A stretch of 64,000 nucleotides of DNA, taken from assembly GCA_003971905.1 (NCBI GenBank), contig RSEE01000136.1:1-64000 (forward strand), written 5' to 3'. The notes under the pieces were generated by a model. It was not told the origin of the DNA and did not search any database. It saw only the letters and a list, made by a program, of their open reading frames with translations. This stretch comes from Moniliella sp. 'wahieum' (taxonomy: Eukaryota). Positions 34,245 through 46,899 of the stretch are shown here, in pieces; the first letter of the stretch is position 1, and every line of letters starts with the position of its first letter. The position numbers and the translations under genes are program-made.

Positions 34245-37200
34245 TCAGAACGTTCCACAAAGCCGAGGGGAACATAAAGTAGTCCAAGACCTTGTCCAAC
34301 CGCTGGCAAGTTCCTCCACCTGTGCCCGGCGAGCTTTACGTTTCCTCGTACGCAGTCTCCGAGAGACGAGCGATCTCTTCCAGCGCGTCAATCTTAGCCT
34401 GAGCCGGGCGGTGGCCAGCTCATCGTTCGAAGCGGGACCCAAGGGGGCGGGAACAGCGTCTTCAGCTCCGGTTGTGCCGTCTTGCGGTGTGGCAAGGGGC
34501 ACGATCCCAGCCGCGGCCTCGGCAGCCCAGCGGGGCCCTTCACCAGGCGCAAGGGGGGGTACCCCCGCGGCGGAAAAGCTGGCGCGGGTCTTACTCTTTC
34601 TACTTGGTGCCGCGGCCACCGCCTCATTTCGGCCTTGACAACAGCCCGCTGCCACTTGCCATCTCCCGAGTGCGCTTCTCGTCCGCTTCGACAGCATCAA
34701 GGCGATACTGGATGTGCTTGATCACTTTGAAGATCCAGTAGGGCCAGTTAACCATCTGCCACCTCGGTTCCTGTTCCAACACGAACTTTTCTTGGGCCCA
34801 CACTTGTGCTTCTGGCGACTGGGGTGGGGGTCGCACGTCCGGCTCCGACTCCCGCCTCGTTCATGGTCTCCTCCGAGGCCTCGTCCGCATGCACTGGTTT
34901 CTCGTCCTCATTTTGGGACTCATCCCCAGCCTTCTCGGTAGCGTCGGGAGGTGGGGGGTGGTGTGGTTGGCATCTTCAGTTTCCATTTCCTCGACGGGGA
35001 CAGGATCCCGTTGAGGCTCGGGGGAACATCGGGTTGGTTGATCGTGCTCGTGTCCAGCTCGGGGGTGACTCTGAGTTCGGCGACAGTCGAAGGGGGGGGA
35101 ACGGTTTGCCGTAAATGTAGAGCCCCCAGGCCCAACGGCCCTGGGTGTTCTTGGGCATAGATTCGACATACTCGGTCAAGTGCCAATACTCACGACCGTC
35201 AACGTCGGTGCCAAGCGGGCCCGAACGCTCTTGGTTCGGTTGAGGGTGGTTGTAGAGTGCACCTTGCGTTGCTTGAACAGGTTCCAGGCCACGTTGCGTT
35301 GCTCGCGTGTTTTCTACAGAGAGGGGCAATACATTAGTTAGCAAAAAAACAGCAACCAAAGGACGGGATTGGGGAGGGGGGGGGGGAGACGTACCTTGCG
35401 TCCCAATTCCTCGATGTACCGTTGGACAGTCTCGTTGTCCAACTTTTCTTGAGCGCTGCATGCGTTCCTTGTGCTCCGTCTTGATCGGGTAAGGTCCGCA
35501 CGAGTCCCGCTCCGAAGCGGCGACATTGTTCCACGCCTCCACCAGGTCCGTCCGAACGGCATTGGTACGAGGCACAAGGGTGTTGACCAACGCGCCGAGA
35601 ATAGCCACTCGTTGTTCGAAAGGCGGGGCAGGGACAGGAGCCGTCGGAGGTGGGGTGGGCGTCACAACCACTTCCACCGCTCCAGCGTGCTCTGGTTCGA
35701 CCGAGCCATCCTGGTCGGGGGCAAGCGACGGGCTGCGCTGCTGGGAAGAGCCGAGGCCTGACGCGAGATGGATACGGAAGCCGATTGGGCCCGGGAAGTT
35801 AGCCCTGATGGCGGCTGTCCCCGGGGGTGCGGCCAGAGCGCCTCAGCTCCGTGGCTCGGTCCCGATGCACTTTCTTTGCTGATGCGGGGGGTACGTCCAC
35901 GGGGGTTTGCGCACCAGTTGAGTCGGTCTGATGATCTTCATCTTCGTCTTCACTGGCTTCCGCGGAAGGGGCACCGTCATAGTCCTTATCGTCAGCGCCA
36001 TCTCGTCCATGTCGTCATCGCTGTGGATGGATGCCTCAGCAAATTCTTGCGAGGAATATCAATGTTGTTGAGCTTGGCTCGTCCGGCTCGAGTAAGGACG
36101 CGTCTGCTTGTTCCCGGAGCCAGGGAACATCTGACATTGGCGTAGCTACCTGCTCATCGGGCACTTCGACAAAGTTGTGCTCAACGTCAGGCAGGTCCTC
36201 AATCTCCACTGCTCTGCCTTGAGCCACTCGCGTGCTGCCTCCCATGCTTCACCACGCATCGATGCGTCAGGCGCATTGTGTAGCATCCGCACCGCCCGGA
36301 CCAAGGGCAACTCCGGCAGAGCACCGCTGTAGTTTGGTTGGCATGGTCTGAAGCGACTTGGTCGTCGTACCGGCCAAACAAGCAGTCACTGCCTCGAGAA
36401 TCTGGTTGAGCATGCGCGGATCCCAGTCATCAAACCTGTCCAGCCGACGAAGAACAGAACCGAGGCAGGGGTAGCAACCGCATCAAAACGAACCAGAGCC
36501 TCGTAAATCCACATGCGGGCGAACAGATTGGCAGTGGGCAAGGACGAGTCGACAGCACCTGTCAGCGGTGCCTCCTCCAACTTGGGAGCAACCACAACGG
36601 GCTTGGGGCGGATCTTGGGGATGTCCGAAGCAGCCGATTTCTTCCTTTGGCAGGCGTCGTCTTCCCTCCCTTGGTGGGTGGCTTTGGCAGCCTTAGTAGG
36701 CGTTGCTTTGGCTCCCTTGGTGGGCGTCGCTTTGGTTCCCTTGGTGGGCGTAGCTTTGGTCTGCCCGTAGCCTTGGCTTTGGTCGAGGCTGGCCTTGTCT
36801 TGGCCGTAGCTTTGGCGGCTGTCTTGCCTTTGGCGGTCGATGACTTGGCTTTGGACGTGTAGTTTTGGTCCCCTTGCCAGTGGTCGCTTTGGCCTTGGTG
36901 GAAGCCTCTTGGGTGCGGCCTTGCCCTTGGAGGCAGCAGTGGTTTTGACAGACTTGCCCTTGGCGGTGGTGAGGACGGGTCAGGCTCCGAGCCAGAGGCG
37001 GGCTCCTGGTCTTGCCCATCGACATCCATCAGTTCTGCACCGTTGCTGTCGTCTTGCACATCACTTCGTCCTGGGCTTTGAACAAGGACTTGGGCTTGCC
37101 ATTGGGGAGGAACTTGAGCGCCAGGGCCTCATCGTCCGAGCTGTCTGGAGATTGCGGGGTCTGAGCCTTGACCTTGGCGGATTTGGTTTGTTTGGTGGAT

Positions 37201-38097
37201 TTGGCAGCACCCTTTGTAGGTTTAGTCGTATCCTTGGGCTTGGCTTTTCCTTTCCCTTTGGCGTTGGCATTGGCATTGGCATTGGCATTGGCCTTGGTCT
37301 TGGGCTTGGTCTTGGCCTTGGCCTTGCCTGTGCTGGCAGGAGCATCCGAAAGAGTTTCGTCCGCCTCATCGAGGGAAGTATGGGGGCGCTCATCGGCTCT
37401 AGCATGGGAAAGACGATCGTGGCCTTCCTCCGTGTGAGCCAAAGGAGTCAGACCCCGACGGTGGCGACAGACGGAGCAATCGCACGTGCCCACGCACCGA
37501 GGGCAAGCGAACAAGTAGCCCGCCTCGGACGCGGGGCACATCTGGCTCGGGTCCAGACCAAGTTGGACTTTGTTGGGGTCGCCCGCGGTGGGGTCCCGGC
37601 CGCGGGCAAGGATATCATCGCGTGAGAGGCCGTAGTAGACCTTGAGGGAGTAGTCGCAATAGCGCAAGCGGCAACGCTGGTGATTGTCGCGCATGTTGGT
37701 GCACTGCAGCATGGGGCGAGGGCAGAAACGGCGGTGCTGGTGGCAGGGGCCGAGGTGGCCCGGTTGAGCATCGGGACTCATTTGTCCCTCAACCGGCTCG
37801 GTGTCCCCAAGCAGAAGGGGGCTGGCAGCCATGGCCTGGGCCTGTTGGGTGCGGCCGCGGCCGTACGCGGCTCTGCCTTTGGCGGTCGAGACACGGCCGC
37901 CCGGGCGGGCAATCGCATCGGCGGACGAGTCGGCGTCGAGGGACTGGTCGGGCTGGGGGTGGGACTGGATTTTGGTTTTCTTGTTGGCGACGGCGAGCGA
38001 GGGCGAACGGGCAGATGTGCTCTTGCGTTTGGACGCGGGTGCGGAGGGGGGCGTGTGCCCTGGGGACGGGGGGAGGTGGGGATCGTCGGGTGTGCAT
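34245..38097 (-). CDS. zf-4CXXC_R1 zinc-finger protein with Lys/Ala/Thr-rich linker and WHIM/WSD-like motif (chromatin-associated); introns and frameshifts, ends approximate
   Basis: CHQHRR...C...C...YCDYSL..YY...CPRCVGTCDCSVCR..RGL.PL fits zf-4CXXC_R1. RSGPLGTDVDGREYW fits the LGxD..G..YW WHIM/WSD motif. Intron signal near 35295-35393. Confidence 0.8.
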
Positions 38098-39655
38098 GGA
38101 GGGGCAGGAGGTGGCAACGACGGGTGGGGGGCGGGACGGAGGCGGAGGTGGAGGCGGAGGCGGAGGGCAGGCGGAGGGAGGCGGCGGTGGAGACGGGGCG
38201 GCAGGTGATAGTGAAGCGCAGCGCAGCGGACACAGCCGGCCAGAAAGCACAGCAGGCGCACACACGAGATGGAAGGCAGGAGCCAAGAGACGCCGGCTGG
38301 ACGCGCTGAATTTTCCTCCGGCCAGCGCAGCCATCGGGCACGAGTACGAGTGGGGCACGGCGCCAGCCTGTCACCCTCCCGCCCACAAGACGCGTCCGCG
38401 CGTCGGCCGCGTCTGGATTTGGCGCGCCTTTGCTTCCGCCCGCTGGCGCGCTGCCAATCACACGCTCCAACACGCCGCGTGCCTCGCCTGCTCCGCCCCG
38501 CCGCCCTCACGCTGTCCCGCCATGGAGCTCCCGCAGCACACACACCCATCGCACGGGCTCAAGCATGCGCGTCCGTTGGGGCAGATCTATAAATCGACGA
38601 GTTCGCGTGATGGCCCCCGTGTGCGCTCTATTCCGCCCTTGGGTGATCGCGTTAGGGGACGCGCACGACCGACGCGGCCATGTTTGTCAGCTCAGGGAGG
38701 AGGGGCACGATCAGTGCCGCATTCGCTTGCCCCCCCGGAGACGGTAGCAGCAGCCCCCATGCTACTGTGCGCTGTAAAGAACAAATAAAAGAATGCTTCT
38801 GCTGCTGTTCTGACCACCTCTTCGGCTTGGCTCTCAGTCGATCAGCCGCTCCTCCCCCCTCGGCCACAGGCAGTGCAGACGCTGCGCCGTTGCTGTTCCC
38901 GTCGCTGCGGGCGGAGCAACGGGAGGAGGGCTGGCGGTTATGATGGAGGATGGAGGATGGTTTCTAACCTGCCGCTGCTCGACGCGTGCAGCCACGCGTT
39001 TGGGGGTTGGAAACGTGCGTGACCAGTGATCACCGGTGCTAAATGGTTCGCACACTGGCCCCGCGCCTGGGTGCGATTGGGCTCGCGCTTGCAACTTTCA
39101 TTCTGCATGTTCGACGTTCGTTGTTCGTTGTTCTCTGTTCAGTATGTATTACGCAGTGTTCAACTTGAACGTTCAGTTGAACGTTCAGTTGAACTGCCAG
39201 GCTGCGCCCCTCGGCGCCTGGCCGCACCTGCGCCAACCTAATAGGATGCCTCTACTTCATCCTCCAACCATCTGTGCTCCGAGAGGCGCCGCTCTGGTCG
39301 CCATTCCATTCCTCCTCTTCTCTACGCAGTAGTAGCCTCACGGTGCGCACCATGGGCACGCAGATAGCTGTCGCTGGGTAGTACGAACTGTCTCTCTGAC
39401 GGAACTTCAACTGCAGGCGCACGTGCACCCACGTTGACTGGACCATACCTTGCCCCGTTCCCATCCTACCTGCAGACCACCCGGACGGACGTACAATTCA
39501 GTCTAGTCATAGTCCTAGCCCTAGCCCTAGCCCTAGCCCGAGCCCGAGCCACACACGACAAACAAACGCGACCAGGCCCAGCAGGGGCGCAGGGCGAGGG
39601 ACAAAAGGAGTAAGGGAGCGAGGGTGCAAGCGCGCGGGACGGATGGCAGGGCACG

Positions 39656-42600
39656 CTAACTCCGCGCCAATGCAACGATCAAGTCCCATCCGCCAAACAA
39701 GCGACGAACCGGAACACGCCGGATCTAGCGGGTGACGGGACGCGCTGGCGTGCAGCGGGTCCGGGGGTGCCATGCGCCTGGCTCACGTCCTGGTCCGGGT
39801 CCTGCGCAGGGTCCTGCGCAAGGTCCTGTGCTGTGTGGGGGGTCTGGGTCCGGGTCGGTGTCCGGGTCGTGGGCGCAGCACTTTGCGCAGTTCAGCTACA
39901 AAGTGTGTGTCAGCAGTCCCTCCTCTGGTCCGGGGTGAGGTACGGCGAAGTTCCCATGCGCGAGCGGGTTCTGTGCCGGATCCCGAGCCGGGGTGGTGGG
40001 TAGGGGTCGGCGAGACCGGTGGGAAGACGAGGAAGTCAGCGGGGGTCTGGAGGGAGCGGAGGAAAGATCCCATCAGGAGAAGATCAAGGCGACGAGGACG
40101 ACGGTGGAGGGGGTACTTGGCGTTGGCACAGTGCGCGGAACGGGTTGGGCGTCGAAGGTCCCAAGTTAGATGCTGTGGTGGCCGTGCGGCTACGGCGGTG
40201 GGTAGGGTGCAGAGCGTCGCCGCGAGGCGAGGGTGGTAGAGTCGGAGATACTCTGTCCCAAGCGCGACAGGGGCGAGTTGGCTAAAACTAATGATGGGGA
40301 GGCGCCTGAGCTCGGAGGGCCTAAGGAGCCCGTGGTAACTCCTTGGGATTCCTGCGCGCCTAGCGTGTGGGAACCTCCGTCGCGCACATGGGTAGCCTCC
40401 GTGGGTCCCTGCACCTCGTCGTCCTCGGGACTGGCTTCCTTGTTGGTCGACTTGCCATGGGCCTTGGGGTCGGACTTGGCCTGGCGCGCACAGGTTCCGG
40501 GACAGAGATGCGTTCATGTGGGCAGCAAGCGGGGTATGGTACAAGGCAGGGACATACGAGTGTTCCTCGGGATCAGCCAGTGTGTCCGAAACCTCGTTGG
40601 CCTAGGGGCGGGTTAGTTCTTGCCACACACATACAAGCGAAGAGGGGTCCGAGGGGGGGGGGGGGGGGGGTAGGACGTACTTGCATAGGACGGGGACGGG
40701 ATCCGCTGGACTCTCGCGCTGGAGCAGAGCCACGAAAGTTTTGTTGACATGAATCACGTCCATGGGCCATTGTTGAACCAGACCAACGACGGCAGTTTGG
40801 TCGGTTTGGCCGTGCCATTTTCCGTGCGCGGAGTACCGGTTCCTCGTCCGAATCCTCATCTTGTTGGGCAAAAGGTTGCTGTATCCCCCGGAGGTGGGGT
40901 ACGGGGCACAATGGTGCACGTGAGCAGTGCATCGGTCCAGTTCTGGTCGGGCAGAGGGATTGCCGCATCGTCCACTGCGGCCAGGTAGAGCGCACGAGGT
41001 GCCGGCGAGGCCGGTGCTGGGAATCCAGCGTGGCAGCAAGCAAGCTGAAGGCGGCAAGTCGTACACCGCAGCCTCGAGGGGACCGGGTCCGAATGAGGAG
41101 GATCAGCATCCAAGTTGAGCAAGCTAGACGCGTCGCTATCGGGCTGGTTGTCTCCCCCGCCCGATCCTAAGCCCGAGCCCGAGCCCAAGCCAAGCCCAAG
41201 CCCGATTCCGGCCGTGGGCGTCGTCCCGCCGCCGGTTCTCGTCGCTCCCCCGCTGTGGACTGGTCGGGGGGATCGGTGATTGTCGCGCATCGGACAGCGA
41301 GTGGGTCAAACTGGTGGAACGTAAGAGGGAAGCCTTGACCTCGGCGCCGCGGTCTGAGAAGGTAAAGTAGGAGACGGATGGCGAGGCGGGCACGCGTACC
41401 GCCTCGGCGGTGATGGTGTACCCCTAGGAAAGTGGCCTAGCTCCACGGTCACTTCCAGCACGATGTCCCTTGGACGGTGGGGCCATCACGTTTGGACAAG
41501 CTGACCGCCCTGCGGCCTCGCCAATCGCATTGGACAAGGACAGAGGGGACGTGGGGTCGGCAGCACTGTTGGATGTGGTGCGGGACCGAGAACCAAGGGG
41601 AGCGAGGAGCGGCAGGTCGCTGGCCGAGGACGGGAAGCCCGGTTGGTGGGAGGCAAGGCGGGGCTAGCCTGTTGGGATGATGGCGCGTCGGGGTCGTCGG
41701 TGAACGCACTAAAGCTAAGTGTGCGTCGGTCGCTTCGGGCGGTGGGGCGGCGCAGTTCGCGCATGGTAGAAAAGTGCGCGGAATCATGGTGCGTGGACCT
41801 GGACGCGGACGCGGACCCAGCGGGCGCGGTGGCGGCGGCGGACGGAGGCCGAAGCACCCAGACGAATGAGCGCGCGAGCTTCAAACTTTTTAGTGCGTGG
41901 ATCAAAGTCTTGCAACAAGAGTGTCCTGTTCTCAGCGCCCTTGGGCAAGGTGAGCGCCCAGGGCAGATCTGGATCTTCGTCCCGCCCGTCCCCAAGGACC
42001 ACGACACTGGACGGCGGCAGCGTGACTGCCGGTCCGATCCCGGAACTAGGCGCTGGGCCCTTGAGGTAGGCTTCGATTTGGTTGATGGTCTTGGGCAGTG
42101 CTGCGTTCCAGGAGGTGTTGACGGAGGAAGGGACCGAGCCGCCAAAGTCGATGGCCATGACGTGGGTGGTGGGTAGAAGGGATAGCATAGGCTGTGGAAG
42201 TATAAGGATCAACCGTTTCCAAGATCCAACCGTCAATCAGGACCCGCCCGACGGGCAGGTTGGCCGGGTTAAGTTTCCCACCAAACACATAATCTGGCGA
42301 ACCATCTTCCTTCTTGCTCGACGGCAGGGACAAGCCTGACGCACGCGCAATGCTCTCCCACGAACAAGACGCCGCGGCATAAAAGTAGGCGATGGGCTTG
42401 CCCGGGTTGGCGGCCGCGACATCGGCTGTGCCCAGGCCTGCGTCGGGCGGAATGGGCTCGAGCGCGGGTTGATCAGCATAGCGATGGGTCGAGGCTTGCG
42501 CGCGCGCCAAATGGTTCGCCTGGCTCGGGGGCAGTGCGGGCCGTCAAATGGGCAACGCAAAGGCGCGGCCACGAAAGGGGAAGGAAGGTTTGGTCGTGGC

Positions 42601-45600
42601 AAAGTACACTCCTGCGCCGTTACCATAACTCTGTAGCGGCAGCGCAGCGTCCATGCGCTCGTCCAAGCCTTTGCGCACCGCCAGCGACTCGACGCCTGAA
42701 GAAGTTCTTCGGCCGCCAAACCTTGCACCACCTTGTCGGCACGTTGAATCGCGACGCTAGGCGAGATGGATTGCATGTACTTTCGTCGGATGTGAAGCCC
42801 GTTGCGTTCCGACACGAGCGCCCAGCCGGCCGGGTAACCGAGGGGTCGGGAGAGCGCTCGGCGTACAGCCGCCGCAGCAAAAACAGTACATCCAAGGGTC
42901 CCGTCAGACTGTCCCGCACCGCATTCCGCGGTGGAGGCAGGCGTACGGACGCGCGCAGACTGTCAGCGGTGCTGGCCGCTTCCGCTGTCAATCAGGATTG
43001 TCCGGCACGACGGGCGTGGTGGAGCGAGAGAGGTTGACGGGGGTGCCGCCGAGCGTGGAGACATTGTCCAGTGCAGGGGAAGTGCGTGTGCCACTGCGGG
43101 CGCCTTTGAACGCAGGCGAGGTCAAGTCGAGGGTACATGTTTTGGTCGAGAGCGTTTGCGACGGAAAAGTTCCTTGACTTGATCGTCCTCCAGCTCATCA
43201 ATGTCAACATGAATGTTGGCGCCGTTGACCATGACGACGCCCCGTTCTTTACCATTCCCCCATGCCGGGCCACGAGAACTGTGATCGCCGTGTCATCCTC
43301 CAGCGACGCAGGCACATGTTCATCGTGATCCACAATCCGCCTCCGCCTTGACTGAGTTTGTGGCGACGCAAGCAACTGATCTCAATGGGTGGTGGGTCAA
43401 TCACAAGATCCAAGTTGGGACTCCAAGATTCGAGGTCGCATCGCAACTCGCACTCGACGTTGGTGTGTCGTCGGGTAACAAGCCGGGGGCGAGCTCGTAC
43501 TCGAATCGGAACGTAGCCCGCTCATGCTCGTACTGGATCTTCTTCACCTGTCCCCCAACAGACGCGTGACAACGGGCGGCGCACCAAACTTGATCGCATA
43601 CTCGCCTGCGCCCGCAACAGCGGCCGTCATGGCGTTGGGAGTGGATGACTTGGATGTCCAGCCCTTGGGATCGCTCTGCTCCAACAGCGTCACATGCACC
43701 GTCGTTGGACTCAGCGACTCGACGGACCAGCCACGAAGGTCGACTTGGGTCCGGATCACGCCCGACTCGGGCGCGGGGATCTGCGGGAACAAGCCACGGT
43801 CGTCGGTGCTAAAGCTAAAAATGTGAACCGAGGCGGGGGACTTGTAGGATGTGCTCACCGTCACGGAATCGCGGGCGCTGCCATAGATATACCCGTTAGT
43901 TGTCACTTCAGCAAGGTGGGAAGGAAGAGATGGGGTGAGGGGAGAGGGGGGGGGGCGCACCTGACGGGCCATGACGCTTATTCTTCGAGTGCCACAATGA
44001 GCTGAGGTCGTTAAGGTCGGCCAAGAGGGTAGAGCTTTCGTGGGTCTTGTCCCACAAGGCTTGAGCGCCTGGGCTCGAGATGGTGGCGAACAAGTCCCAG
44101 ACGCCTACGCCTACAAACGTCGCTTCCGCCCGGTAGACAATCAAGGTGGGATCGATCGAGTCGAGTTGGGTGATGGTCACCCCGCGCGAGTCCGACACGT
44201 GTTTCCACTTGGCGTCTGGCTCTTGGAGCAGAGAGGTAAAGTAGATATAGTTTCGTCGGATCAGTGCGTCGACGGCGTTGGAGTTGGATCCATTCGGTTG
44301 TCCTGCCAGCGCAGCGCCTTGTACGTTCTTACCCACCGCACCGCCCTCAAACGACAAGGCTTGCAACTTATCTGCCTCGTCCAAGATCCAACCGAACGCC
44401 TCGCCCGGGTCGCGCAAGCTAGCCCAGCCTGTGGGTGCGCATGGGCCAGCAGATCAGCTGCGACCGAGGGAACGGGACTACACACGACTGACAGCGGCAT
44501 CTGGGTGCCCTTGGCCCAGCGTTCGCTGTTGACTGATCGGCCACTGCGGATCGAGTCGGCACTGCTCGCTTCGGTGCGTGGGTCCGAGAGCGACAGGGGC
44601 GGGGCGTTGAGAGGATTGACGGGCCAGACGGGGATCAAGTCCCCGTTGAGCCGGATATCAGTCGAGGCGGCAATACGCTGGATCTGCACACTGACCCTTG
44701 TCACCTCCTCTTGCAGCACAAGACGGTCATGGAGAATGGTGACTTCGATCCCGGCTGCATTGTGGGGAACGGCGTGGACAAGACGCCATTGCGGGTACCG
44801 CGAGGGATTCGCCGCATGTCCGCTCGTACCTCCCCCAGCAGCTGAGTGGATACGCGCATGGCCTGTACCACGCACACGGATCTTGATGTTCCAGCCTTCG
44901 CGAGCGGAGAGCAGCAGCTGCACTGCGGTCGGGCGAGACGTCCATCTGGGCCGGCGCATCGTCGCCCCTGGGTTTCTCTTCGGTCGGCGTGAGCTCGGAA
45001 GAGGGCGAGTCGGTAGAACACTATAGTCAACCGCAAGGGTATCCCTAGACGCATCAAACGTAGTGTGATCCACATCGACCGCATGGCCAAAGTCCGAGAT
45101 GAGGGGAATTGTCGCCGCGTTCGCGGAAAACGAACCAGGCGGGAAACGGTGGAGCCCATGTGAGTCGCCAGTCCTCCCGAGGGAGACTAACCAAGACCCC
45201 TTGAGCGTCCAGCACCAAAAAGCAGTGACGTGGATGAACTGCTGGTCCTTGGGCACCGACGACCGCGTCGGAGACGTCCGGGGCAGCTCCAAGACCCAAG
45301 CAGCAAGGTGGATGGCGAGCGGACATAGGGCGGGGAAGGGCGGAGGTAAGCGGGGGAGGTCAGGCTGGGCGGGGAGGGAGGTGGTGAGGTCGACGAGACG
45401 CTGTGCGTGGGCGTCGATAAAGGTGCGCGAGACGGTGATGGCGTCGCGGGGCGAGGTAGGCCAGCCAAGACGAAAGTTGGTCTTGGTCACCCTACGTCCG
45501 GCGCAGGCATCTCGATCAGCTCAGAGCTTTTACTAGCCCATCCCACTCGACGCGCGCGTCTGAGGTGGCAAACGCAGCGCGGAACCCTCGAGGTGCGCAT

Positions 45601-46050
45601 TAGCGGCCGCTTGGGCGCCGACGGCATTGAGCGTGCCAGTGTAGGGCACCTTGACGATGGCGGAAACACGTCGGGGCCCTTGGTGGGGTGGGAGCGGCGG
45701 TGGATGGCGACGAGGGAAGGAGGGTCGATGGGGGAGATGGTGAAGGGCTCGGGGGCGGGATCGGGGGCGGCGGAGGGCGCGGAGGGCGGGTCGGGCGGGC
45801 GGCCGGGAGAGGAAGAGGCGGGTGGGTCGCGCAGCTGGGCCGGAGGGGACTGTCCGACTCGACGTTTTGGACGAGTTGATGCGGGCGTGGCGTGGGGATG
45901 GGACGGCGGATCGGCGGCGGGCGGGAGGGAGAGCGGCCGCCAGGCAGACTCGGGGCCGTCGACGAGGGAGCGGAAGAGCTGGGCGGCGTGGGCCAGCTGG
46001 GCGTCGCGCTGGGCGGCGGACTGGGCCAGTGGGTCGGCGGGGGCCGACAT
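39656..46050 (-). CDS. Large START/SRPBCC lipid-binding domain protein with C-terminal hydrophobic segment; introns and frameshifts
   Basis: LGWPTSPRDAITVSRT, WKHVSDSRGVTITQLDSIDPTLIVYRAEATFV...WD, IRTQVDLRGWSVESLSPTTVHVTLLEQSDPKGW resemble START domains. The end carries GSFLRSLQTPADF and GGWDLIVALARS-stop. Confidence 0.8.
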
Positions 46051-46899
46051 GGGTGGGGCGGGGGGGTGATGGTGGTGGCGAGGGTGGCGGTGGTGGTGGC
46101 GGCGGTGGCGATGGCGGTGGCGAAGGCGATGGCGATGGCGATGGAAGTGGGGGTGGCGATGGGATGGTCGAATGCGGGCGCCGCAGGCCAACGGGGCGGG
46201 GTGGGTGGGTGGTTAGGGTGGTGGGGGCGCTGGGCCCCAACCAGCCCCTGCGTTGCCCAGGCTGAACGCAGGCACGCAGCCGCAAACTTTCAAATGACGC
46301 AACTCAAACTCAACTCAACACCCAACTCAGCCCCGCTGGCACTGCTCCTGCGCCTGCTGCGCCCCCTTGCCCCGTCCCATTTCACCGCGATCGGCAGGTG
46401 GCAATCGCTCTATATCCACCCCACCCCCAGCAAAGCACGAACAAACAGGAATGCATACTAGCCTAGGGCCAAGGAAACGAGATAGGATACAGAAGAACGG
46501 GCGAGGCCGGATGCGGTGTTGCGTATGCGGCAGATGAGTGCAGAGCAAGGAAAGGAAAAGGAAAAGAAATGGGAAAGGGAAGGGAAGAGCGGCGGGTACT
46601 AACCAGAAGAAGGGATGTAGGCAAAGGGGAGAAGGAGCAAGTGCGAAAGGAGGAGGAGATGGGGACAGCGGGGGGAGCCAGAAAGAAAACAAACCGCAAT
46701 CGCAACCACAACCACAACACAACCAAAAAAAAAACCAAAAAAAAGAACAAGAACAAGAAATAAGGTCCAACAGGATCCCCCAATGGGGGTCGGGGGGTCG
46801 GGGTATGGAAACGAGCTCGGCAATGCGAGCGGGAGGCAAACCGACAAAACGTCAAGCGTACCCCATCAAGCTTCAAGCGTCAAGTGTCAACGCCATCGC

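Noticed and set aside
39514..39540. Telomere-like (CCCTAG)n run
   Set aside because: Only about four internal copies, not TTAGGG, and grading into GCCCGA; a simple microsatellite near a gene end.
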